The position numbers and the translations under genes are program-made. From Planctomycetota bacterium (GTDB lineage: Bacteria > Planctomycetota > B15-G4 > SIAN01): a DNA stretch of 64,000 nucleotides. Positions 46,349-54,212 of this stretch are shown one piece after another. The notes beneath the pieces were generated by a model that searched no databases, had not been told where the DNA came from, and worked only from the letters and a program-made list of their open reading frames with translations. The DNA lies in contig JANNXA010000051.1 of the NCBI GenBank assembly GCA_031409275.1, positions 256,001 to 320,000 of the forward strand, read 5' to 3'. The stretch's first letter is position 1. Each line of letters begins with the position of its first letter.

Positions 46349-47842
46349 CTACGGCTTGACCGCGCCGCCGGTCGCCGCCGGACGCACCAGCTCGCCGTCC
46401 GCCAGCCCCGCATCGACCATCCCCTTCTCGTGGTACTCGAGGTCGGTGTTGATGTCGAGGACGGCGGCCTTGGTCACCTCGCCGTTGATCATCTGCGCGG
46501 TGACGAGCCCCATCTCGATCGAATGGTCGGCGTTGTTGTAGCGGAAGGTGCCGCCGCGCCCGACGATCGCGACGCGTTCGAGCGCCTCGATGTAGTCGCG
46601 CATGCGCTTCAGCTTCTCCAAGTAGCCGAGCGAATAGACCGGATAGGCGTTGGCGGCGCGCTCGGTGAAGCCGCCGAGGATCTGCTCGGGCTTCACGAAG
46701 CCGAGGCGGCAGAGGTCGCGCTTGCCCCAGTCGACCATCTCCTGCTCGGACTTCTTCCAGACGTCGTCTTCCTTGGTGCAGAAGTACTCGAGCACGACCG
46801 ACGTCTTGCCCTTCGGCGCCATGTCGGGCGACCAGTTGCGCGGCTCGTGCAGGCGCGCGAAGCCCAGCCCCTCGTCGTGGCAGTAGATCCAGGTGTCCTT
46901 GGTCATCTGCGGCTGGTCGATCATCAGGTTGACCGTGATGACCGAGCGGAACTCGAGGCTCTTCGCGGCGTCGAGCACCGCCTGCGGCGGCTTGGGGTCG
47001 AGCGCGTAGGTCAGCAACGAGGTGAGTGGCACCGTGGAGACGACGTAGTCGCCGACCACCGTCTCGCTCTTGCCGTCCTTGTCGTAGGTCACCACGACGC
47101 GCTTGGGATCGCTGACGTCGACCTTCTTCACGAAGGCGGAGTTGACCACACGGTTGCCGGCCTTCTCGATCACCCGCCGCATCGTCTCGGGGATCTCCTG
47201 ATAGCCCCAGCGCGGGTAGACGAAGGTCTCGATCAGCGTCTTCGCCTTCTTGTCCTTGGGCTTGAGCAGCGCGTTGGTGAGCGCCGTCCAGATCGACAGG
47301 CCCTTGCTGCGCTGCGACACCCAATCCGACGACATCTGCGAGCAGGGACGGCCCCAGACCTTCTCGCTGTAGCGGCGGAAGAACATGTCGAACAGGCGGC
47401 GCCCGAACTGCGAGACGAAGGCGTCTTCCATCGTCTCGATGCGACGCTTCTTCAGCGTGGTCGAAAGGGTGTTCATGCCGTAGTCGACGACGCAGAGGAA
47501 CGACGTCCAGAGGCCGGCGGTCTGCAGCACGTTCTTGATCGAGATCGGGTAGTCGAAGTACTTGCCGTTGAAGAGGATCCGGCTGATGCGCTCGACTTCG
47601 ACGAGCTGGCCATCCATCAGGCGCAGGAACCAGTCGTGGAGCGACTTGTTCTTGGTGAACCAGCGGTGGCCGCCGAAGTCGAAGCGGAAGTCGCCGCGCA
47701 CCAGCGTGCGGGAGAGGCCGCCGACGAAGCTCTCCTTCTCCAGCACGGTCACCTTGTAGCCGTACTCGGTGAGCTTGTGGGCGCACGAGAGCCCGCCCGG
47801 TCCGGCTCCCAGCACGATGACGTGTCGATTGCGGTCAGCCAT
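46349..47842 (-). CDS. FAD-dependent oxidoreductase, UDP-galactopyranose mutase/HemY-like family
   Basis: GAGPGG..LEK..VGGLSRT..FDFGGH, YSEKVWG, YPVY, GRGGTFRYNNADHS. Confidence 0.85.
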   Translation of the reverse strand: MADRNRHVIVLGAGPGGLSCAHKLTEYGYKVTVLEKESFVGGLSRTLVRGDFRFDFGGHRWFTKNKSLHDWFLRLMDGQLVEVERISRILFNGKYFDYPISIKNVLQTAGLWTSFLCVVDYGMNTLSTTLKKRRIETMEDAFVSQFGRRLFDMFFRRYSEKVWGRPCSQMSSDWVSQRSKGLSIWTALTNALLKPKDKKAKTLIETFVYPRWGYQEIPETMRRVIEKAGNRVVNSAFVKKVDVSDPKRVVVTYDKDGKSETVVGDYVVSTVPLTSLLTYALDPKPPQAVLDAAKSLEFRSVITVNLMIDQPQMTKDTWIYCHDEGLGFARLHEPRNWSPDMAPKGKTSVVLEYFCTKEDDVWKKSEQEMVDWGKRDLCRLGFVKPEQILGGFTERAANAYPVYSLGYLEKLKRMRDYIEALERVAIVGRGGTFRYNNADHSIEMGLVTAQMINGEVTKAAVLDINTDLEYHEKGMVDAGLADGELVRPAATGGAVKP

Positions 47843-47848
47843 GGCTGC

Positions 47849-48193
47849 TCAAAGACCCCCGGCGGGGCCGCTCACCGGACGAGCGACCCAGTTGTAGACG
47901 CGCGAGACGAGGTAACCGGCGACGAAGCCAAGAGCCGCCCCGTAGGGCAGCGAGAGGAGCAGTCCGCCCCACGTGACGTCGTAACCGGGAAGGAAGTGGC
48001 CGAGCAGACGCAGGTGCTTGCCGACCTGCGGGCCGCCACGCAGCAACAGGATGAGCGTCGCGAGGAAGAGGCAGGAGGCGGACAGCCCCGCCAGCGTCGC
48101 GCCCAGCACGCGCGCATTCAGTCGGGTGAGCACCTCGTCGAGGAGGCGCTCCGACTCGACCTGTTCGAAGATGGTGTCGATCGGCGGTTTCAA
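47849..48193 (-). CDS. Small two-TM membrane protein (paralog A)
   Basis: 'RLNARVLG..GGPQVGKHLRLLGHFLPGYDVTWGG..YG..GFVAGY..YN'. TTG start. Confidence 0.7.
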   Translation of the reverse strand: MKPPIDTIFEQVESERLLDEVLTRLNARVLGATLAGLSASCLFLATLILLLRGGPQVGKHLRLLGHFLPGYDVTWGGLLLSLPYGAALGFVAGYLVSRVYNWVARPVSGPAGGL

Positions 48194-48285
48194 GGTTGGC
48201 CTTGCAGCTCCGATTCCAATCGCAGCGAGCGGTCGCTGCTGCCCTGCGCTCCCCGTCGTCGTTCCGGGTCGCGCAACCGTTGTCG

Positions 48286-48681
48286 TCAGATCTCATCCAG
48301 CAGGTGACGTCGCCGCCAGCGATCGCCGCCCGAGCGCAGCAGCACCAGCACGAACCTCAGCGCGAGGTTGCGGAAGGCGGCGATCGCGTAGCCGGCCAGG
48401 AAGCCGGCAGCGAAGCCGTACATCCCGCCGACGGCGGCGCCCGCCGCGTCGACGCGGTAGCCCGGGAAGTAGCTGGCCAGCACCTTCAGGTTCTCGCCAA
48501 CGAACTTCCCGCCCTGCAACCACAGCACCAACGTCGCGGCCGCGACCGCCAACCCCACCGTCACTCCGACCCCGCAGCCGAGCGCGAGCGCGTGGAGGCG
48601 CGTGAAGGCGCGGCGGATGGCCTGCTTGCGCCGCTCCGCCAACTCCTCGACTCGCGTCGCCAACTGCTCGACATCGGCCAT
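48286..48681 (-). CDS. Small two-TM membrane protein (paralog B)
   Basis: 'RLHALALG..GGKFVGENLKVLASYFPGYRVDAAG..YGF..GFLAGY..RN'. Start inferred from GGAGG upstream of ATG 48681. Confidence 0.7.
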   Translation of the reverse strand: MADVEQLATRVEELAERRKQAIRRAFTRLHALALGCGVGVTVGLAVAAATLVLWLQGGKFVGENLKVLASYFPGYRVDAAGAAVGGMYGFAAGFLAGYAIAAFRNLALRFVLVLLRSGGDRWRRRHLLDEI

Positions 48682-48973
48682 CGCGAGCGCGCCTCCGCCC
48701 ATCCGTGCACCGCCTTGCTCGATCCATGAAAGCGCCGACATCGTACCCGCCCTCGCGCCCGCGCCCGGCGCTACGGATCGACCGCGGCAGCCGCGGAGCC
48801 TTCGCAGCGCCGCAAGCCGCGGCCTCGATCGGACGAAGTTGCCGACCGCGGCATCCCGATCACCTCCGCTCAAGGGCGCGCGGCGGGACGTCGAAAGCAG
48901 CTCTTGCCCGCGGGTTTCGCGATCGGCGCTATCTTGCGCGCCGTCCACCCCCCCACCCCTGGATTCAACTCTC

Positions 48974-50170
48974 GTGAGCCTCCCGTCCCGCATCGCTCGT
49001 CATTGGAAGCTCGTTCGGCGCGCGGCGCAGGAGCAGCCCGAGGCGACCCCTCCCTTCCTGATCCTCTTCATCAACAGCATCTGCAACCTCGCGTGCGACC
49101 ACTGCTTCTACTGGAAGGAGCTCAACAGTCGCGACGACTTGAGCAAGGACGAGATCTTCGCGCTGGCCAGGAGCCTCGGGCCGATCGAGAACCTGAACCT
49201 CTCCGGCGGCGAGCCTTTCCTGCGCAAGGAGTTCGCCGAGATCTGCGACTTCTTCGTGCGCAACAACGGCGTCCAGCGCATCTACTGCCCGACCAACGGC
49301 TACTACGCCGACAAGACCATCGCGGCGCTGACCCAGCTGTTCGAGAACCAGGATCTCAAGCTCTTCGCGGCCGAGCTCTCGCTCGACGGCATGCCGCCCT
49401 ACCACAACTGGTTCCGGCGCGATCGTCGCAGCTTCGAGAAGGCGATGGAGACCTACGAGGCTCTCGCCGAGCTGAAGAAGAAGGAGCCCCGCCTCGAGAT
49501 CCATTCGATCTCGACCGTCACGGGCGAGAACCTCGACGAGATCAAGCGCCTCACGACCTACCTCTTCGAGCGCTGCCCGGCGATGACGCACCACAACCTC
49601 GCGATGATCCGCGGGGAGCGCAAGCGTCCGACGCTGATGGGCGTCGAACTGAAGGGCTACCAGGAGCTCGTCGCCTACTCGCGCCGCCTTTGGAGCGCGC
49701 GCGAGGAGGGGCGCCACGGCAGCGTGGTCGACCCGATGCTGCACTGGGCCAAGGTCAAGACCGCGGAAGTCCAATCGCAGTTCGTCCCGTGCAAGGCGGG
49801 GATCCTCTCAGGCGTCGTCTACGCCAACGGCGACGTGTCGTTGTGCGAGCAGCACCCGCCCATCGGCAACATCCGCAAGCAGAGTTTCCCCGAGATCTGG
49901 AACGGCCCGGTGGCGCGCAAGCTGCGCGAGTCGATCGCCTGCAAGGAGTGCTTCTGCACCAACGAAGTCTTCTTGTGGCCGAGCGTCGCGTTCCAGCCGG
50001 TCCCGCTGGCGAAGGCCTTCATCGGCTCGCGCGCATGGCACTACCCGACGGCGCTCGAACCGCATGAGCGCGCCGCCGTGGGCGACCCGTACGACCGCAG
50101 CAAGCTGCCGGCGGAGGCGCTCGCCTACCTCGACGACCCGAAAGGACGCCGCCTCCCGGTCGCGCCGTGA
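48974..50170 (+). CDS. Radical SAM/SPASM(twitch)-domain protein
   Basis: CNLACDHC, SGGEP, TNG, SLDG, C-terminal CKAG..NGDVSLCE..IGNI..C..CFC.. Confidence 0.92.
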   Translation: MSLPSRIARHWKLVRRAAQEQPEATPPFLILFINSICNLACDHCFYWKELNSRDDLSKDEIFALARSLGPIENLNLSGGEPFLRKEFAEICDFFVRNNGVQRIYCPTNGYYADKTIAALTQLFENQDLKLFAAELSLDGMPPYHNWFRRDRRSFEKAMETYEALAELKKKEPRLEIHSISTVTGENLDEIKRLTTYLFERCPAMTHHNLAMIRGERKRPTLMGVELKGYQELVAYSRRLWSAREEGRHGSVVDPMLHWAKVKTAEVQSQFVPCKAGILSGVVYANGDVSLCEQHPPIGNIRKQSFPEIWNGPVARKLRESIACKECFCTNEVFLWPSVAFQPVPLAKAFIGSRAWHYPTALEPHERAAVGDPYDRSKLPAEALAYLDDPKGRRLPVAP

Positions 50171-50183
50171 TCGACGCCGCGGC

Positions 50184-52268
50184 TCACTTGCCGCGGCTCT
50201 TTGCCATCGATTCGAGCGCGCGGGTCAGCTGCACGCGACGCGCGCTCGCGTCGGCCCACTCCGGCGAATTGCTCGGCAGCACGACGACGAGCCGCGCCAG
50301 CAACGCCTCCGCCTCGCGCAGCAGCGGCTCGGCCGCCGCCGCGTCCTTGCGCTGCAGCAATCGCTCGGCACGCATCGTCAGGAGCCGTGAGAGGAACGCC
50401 AGCGCGTCGGGATGGTCGGGATCGAAGCCGAGCGCCTGGCGCAACGCGGCCTCGGCATGCTCGCCTTCCCTGCGCTCGACTTCGACGTGGGGCTTGGCCG
50501 CCGCGGCCCCGCCTTCCTTGCGCGCGTCCATGGCGCGAGCGTGCGCCGCTTCCGCCGCGAGCTGCGCGCACTGGGCCCTTCCAAACCACGAGCGCACGAG
50601 CCGAGGATCGATCGCGAGCGCGGCATCGAAGGCGGCCGCGGCCTCGACGTAGCGCATCGGCGCGCCGGCCACCAGCATCAGCCCGATCTGCTCGTGCAGC
50701 GGCGCGCTCGACGGATCCTCGGCGACCGCCGCCTGCAATGCCGCAAGCGTCGCCTCGAGCCCCTGCTGCGCGGCGGCCGAGATCGCGGCGTTCATCCGTT
50801 CGTAGGCCGCGATCTTCCGGTACGGATCAGGCAGCTGCGACCAGTCGTCGGGCAGCGCGGCGCCGCTGCCATCGCCAGCCGCGTAGCCCAACGCCTCGAG
50901 TCGACGCCGATCGGCCTCCGACAAGGTCGCGGTCGCCCCGCGCGCCAACGGGCTCACCGCCGCGAGATGCGCCTGCAGCCGACGCGCCAGCGCGGTCGCG
51001 CGCGGCTCGCCTGGCGTGAAGAGGTTCTTCGACTCGGACGGATCGGAAAGGCGGTCGTAGAGCTCTTCCTGCGCGGAACGCAGGTACTTGAGCGATCCGA
51101 GCGTGCAGCCGAACTGCGGCGCCCAACCGAAGTTGAGCCACGCGAACATCGACTCGAGCATCAGCGCGCGCTCGGGCGGCGCGAGCTGAGGATCGGCGAT
51201 CCACGGCAGCAGGTCGAGACCGTCGAAGGAGTCGGTCGTCGCGTCGATCCCCAGCACCGTCAACAGCGTCGGCACCACATCGACGATCGACGTCGGCACC
51301 GTCACCTGCCGCGCCGGCAGCGACGGATGGCGCAGGATCATCGGCACACGCACCGTGGCATCGAACAGGAAGAAGCCATGCGCCTGCTCGAGTCCGTCGC
51401 CGAGCCCCTCGCCATGGTCCGCCACCACCAGCACCACGAGTTCATCCATCAGCCGGCGCGCGGCGAGCTCGCGGAAGAGGCGGCCGAGCTCCGCGTCGAG
51501 ATCGAAGATCTCCGCCTCGTAGAGAGCGCGCGCCACCTGCTGCGGATCGCGCGCCTGGTCGGCATCGATCTGCGGCTTCGACTTCGGGGTGTAGGGCGTA
51601 TGCGGGTCGTAGAAGTGCGCCCACACGAAGAACGGCTTGCGCGTGCCGTCGGGCGGGCCGCCTCCGGGCGCGAGTTCGGAGACATCTTCGAGCACCCGAT
51701 CGACGATGGCGGCGGCCGGCAGCTCCTCCTCCTTCGCGGGGGCACCGGGTCGCGAGACCCCCCGAGGCGGCGCGCGGTAGCGATCGAACCCCTGCGCCAG
51801 GCCGAAGATCGGATCGAGGACGAAGGCGGCGACGTCGGCGCGCGTCGCGTAGCCGGAGTCGCGCAGGATCTCGGCGAGCGTCCGCGCCGCCTCCGGCAGC
51901 TTGAAGCCGGAGTTGTAGCGCACGCCGTGCGCCGTGGGATAGAGGCCGGTGAAGAGCGACGCGTGCGCTGGCAGGGTCACCGGCACCGTCGTCACCGCAT
52001 CCTCGAAGACGACCGAACGCGCGGCGAGGTAATCGAGATTCAGCGTGCGCGAGGGGTCGCGACCGTAGGCGCCGAGATGGTCGCGGCGGGTCGTGTCGAG
52101 CGTGATCACCATCACGTCGCGGCGCACCTTGCCCGCCGCAGCGGCTGGCGCGGCCGGGACCTGGAACGCGCGCGCCGGCGACCCGCCGGCCAGCAGGGCC
52201 ATCAGCGCCAACGCCCACCCTGACATCGTCCGGCTCGTCATCGATTGCGGCTCCCGCGTCCTCGGCAC
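50184..52268 (-). CDS. Secreted sulfatase-fold protein (TLPAH) with C-terminal TPRs
   Basis: Signal peptide, TLDTTRRD, VTLPAHASLFTG, HFYDPH.PY, ADHGEG, LEALGY, TPR tail. Start GTG 52268 (6 nt after TACGGT) or ATG 52241. Confidence 0.88.
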   Translation of the reverse strand: MPRTREPQSMTSRTMSGWALALMALLAGGSPARAFQVPAAPAAAAGKVRRDVMVITLDTTRRDHLGAYGRDPSRTLNLDYLAARSVVFEDAVTTVPVTLPAHASLFTGLYPTAHGVRYNSGFKLPEAARTLAEILRDSGYATRADVAAFVLDPIFGLAQGFDRYRAPPRGVSRPGAPAKEEELPAAAIVDRVLEDVSELAPGGGPPDGTRKPFFVWAHFYDPHTPYTPKSKPQIDADQARDPQQVARALYEAEIFDLDAELGRLFRELAARRLMDELVVLVVADHGEGLGDGLEQAHGFFLFDATVRVPMILRHPSLPARQVTVPTSIVDVVPTLLTVLGIDATTDSFDGLDLLPWIADPQLAPPERALMLESMFAWLNFGWAPQFGCTLGSLKYLRSAQEELYDRLSDPSESKNLFTPGEPRATALARRLQAHLAAVSPLARGATATLSEADRRRLEALGYAAGDGSGAALPDDWSQLPDPYRKIAAYERMNAAISAAAQQGLEATLAALQAAVAEDPSSAPLHEQIGLMLVAGAPMRYVEAAAAFDAALAIDPRLVRSWFGRAQCAQLAAEAAHARAMDARKEGGAAAAKPHVEVERREGEHAEAALRQALGFDPDHPDALAFLSRLLTMRAERLLQRKDAAAAEPLLREAEALLARLVVVLPSNSPEWADASARRVQLTRALESMAKSRGK

Positions 52269-52371
52269 GGCGACACCGTAGCACGCGTGCCCGCAGCGCG
52301 GGAGTCGACGTCGATCGCGAAAGCGATGCGCGTCCGCGGCGGCCTGCGCCAGACGCGGTAGGCTGCGCCCC

Positions 52372-53289
52372 ATGTCGCTTCCCACCGTCAGTGTCGTGAT
52401 CGCCTCCGGAGCAGGAGGCGACTTCCTGTGGCGCTTGCTCGATTCCCTGCGCGAACCGGCACAAGCCGAGCAGGCGCAGGTGCTGGTCGCGGACCGCATC
52501 GGCGGCGCCGTTCGCGAGCGGCTCGAGCGCGACTATCGCTGGCTCACCGTCGTGCCGGTGGCCGCCGGTGCCGACGGCCGCAAGCCGAGCGTTCCGCAGT
52601 TGCGCGCCACCGCGGCGGCGCAGGCGCGCGGCGACCTCGTGGTGGTCCTCGAAGAGCACTGCCGGCCGCCAGCCCATTGGCTGCGCTCGATCCGCGAGTC
52701 GTTCCAGCCCGGCGATGCGGCGATCGGCGGACCGATCCTCGATGACGCGGCCCATCCGCCCGGCTACGTCCGTTGCGATTGGGTCGTGCTGTTCAGCGAG
52801 TACCACAACTACCTGCAGCCGTGGCCCGACGCCGAGCGCGCGCTGCTGAACGGCGCCAACTGCGCCTACCGCCGCGATCTCCTGGCGAAGCACGCGGCGG
52901 CGCTCACCACCGGCTACTGGGAGATGGTGCTCCACCCGAAGCTCGCCGCCGACGGGAAGATGCGCGGGCTGCAGCGACTCGGCGTCCACACGATGGGGCC
53001 GTTCCGCTACCGCTACTACCTGCACCAGCGCTACCTGCTGGCGCGCGTCTGGGGTGCGATGCAGCGCGAAACGGCGCCGGCGGCGAAGCGCTGGTTCTAT
53101 CTGCTCGCGGCGCCGCTCTTCCCGTTCCTGCTCCTGGCGCGCATCACGGCGCGCGTGCTGAAGAGCCCGTACCTCGGCCAGTACCTGCTGACGCTGCCGA
53201 TGCTGCTGCCGGTCGCATTCACCTACGTGCTCGGCGAATGGAGCGGCTACGCCTTCGGCTTCGGCGACTCGCTCGAGGAGGTCGAATAG
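52372..53289 (+). CDS. Glycosyltransferase family 2-like protein
   Basis: VSVVIAS, ARGDLVVVLEEH, GANCAYRR, C-terminal TM hairpin '..GEWSGY'. Confidence 0.8.
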   Translation: MSLPTVSVVIASGAGGDFLWRLLDSLREPAQAEQAQVLVADRIGGAVRERLERDYRWLTVVPVAAGADGRKPSVPQLRATAAAQARGDLVVVLEEHCRPPAHWLRSIRESFQPGDAAIGGPILDDAAHPPGYVRCDWVVLFSEYHNYLQPWPDAERALLNGANCAYRRDLLAKHAAALTTGYWEMVLHPKLAADGKMRGLQRLGVHTMGPFRYRYYLHQRYLLARVWGAMQRETAPAAKRWFYLLAAPLFPFLLLARITARVLKSPYLGQYLLTLPMLLPVAFTYVLGEWSGYAFGFGDSLEEVE

Positions 53290-53291
53290 AG

Positions 53292-54212
53292 GTGGCCACC
53301 CCCGAACTCTCCGTCGTCGTCGGCCTCATCTCCGGCAAGCTCGCCGACCTTGAACGCTGCCTCACGGCGCTCGCCGCGCAACAAGGCGCGCCGCCCTTCG
53401 AGATCCTCGTCCCGTACGACGAGCCGTGCCGCGATGCGCTGACGTTGCAGTCGAAGTTTCCTGACGTGCGATTCCTGCCGCTCGACGGCGTCGACACGCG
53501 CGCCGCGCGCGCCGGCGGCAGCCGCGAGCACCACGACACGCTGCGCACGCTCGGCATGCGGGCGGCGCGAGGGCGCTTCGTCCTCCTCACCGAAGACCAC
53601 GCCCACGCGCAACCGGGCTGGTGCGCGGGACTGCTGAAGGGACTCGCCGACCACCCGAAAGCGGGCTGCATCGGCGGCGCCGTCGAATGCGGCGGCGCCG
53701 GCCTGCTCGCCTTCGCGGTCTACCTGTGCGACTTCGGCCGTTACATGAACCCGCTCGCCGATGGCCCCGCCTGGTACGTGAGCGACAGCAATGTCTGCTA
53801 TCGGCGGGGCGTCCTCGACGAGGTCGCCGAGGCGTGGCGCGGCGACTACCACGAGACGATCGTGCACGGCGCCATCGCCGCGAAGGGCCATGAGCTGCGC
53901 CTCACGCCGCGCGTCGTGGTCTGGCAGACGCGCTCGGGCCTCACGCTCGGCGAGGCGCTCCGCGAGCGCTACGTCTGGGGCCGCTCGTTCGCGGGCAGCC
54001 GCGTCGCCGGCGCCGGAATGGGGCCGCGCCTCGTCCGCGCCGCCCTGACGCCGCTGCTGCCGTTCGTGCTCACCGCGCGGCTCGTGAACGGAGTGCTGCA
54101 GAAGAAGCGCGCCATCGGTCGCATGATCGCCGCGCTGCCGCTCCTGTTCCTGCTGTCGACGGTCTGGTCGCTCGGCGAACTCGTCGGCTACCTCACAGGA
54201 CGACCCCGATGA
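53292..54212 (+). CDS. Glycosyltransferase family 2-like protein
   Basis: LSVVV, FEILV, ARGRFVLLTEDH, SNVCYRR, C-terminal '..GELVGY'. Paralog of the upstream GT2. Confidence 0.8.
   Translation: MATPELSVVVGLISGKLADLERCLTALAAQQGAPPFEILVPYDEPCRDALTLQSKFPDVRFLPLDGVDTRAARAGGSREHHDTLRTLGMRAARGRFVLLTEDHAHAQPGWCAGLLKGLADHPKAGCIGGAVECGGAGLLAFAVYLCDFGRYMNPLADGPAWYVSDSNVCYRRGVLDEVAEAWRGDYHETIVHGAIAAKGHELRLTPRVVVWQTRSGLTLGEALRERYVWGRSFAGSRVAGAGMGPRLVRAALTPLLPFVLTARLVNGVLQKKRAIGRMIAALPLLFLLSTVWSLGELVGYLTGRPR

Noticed and set aside
48602..50170. Radical SAM as an anaerobic sulfatase maturase or RiPP maturase
   Set aside because: The neighbouring sulfatase-fold proteins lack the C/S-x-P-x-R target, the C-terminal Cys pattern looks shorter than in anSME, and no precursor peptide is evident.
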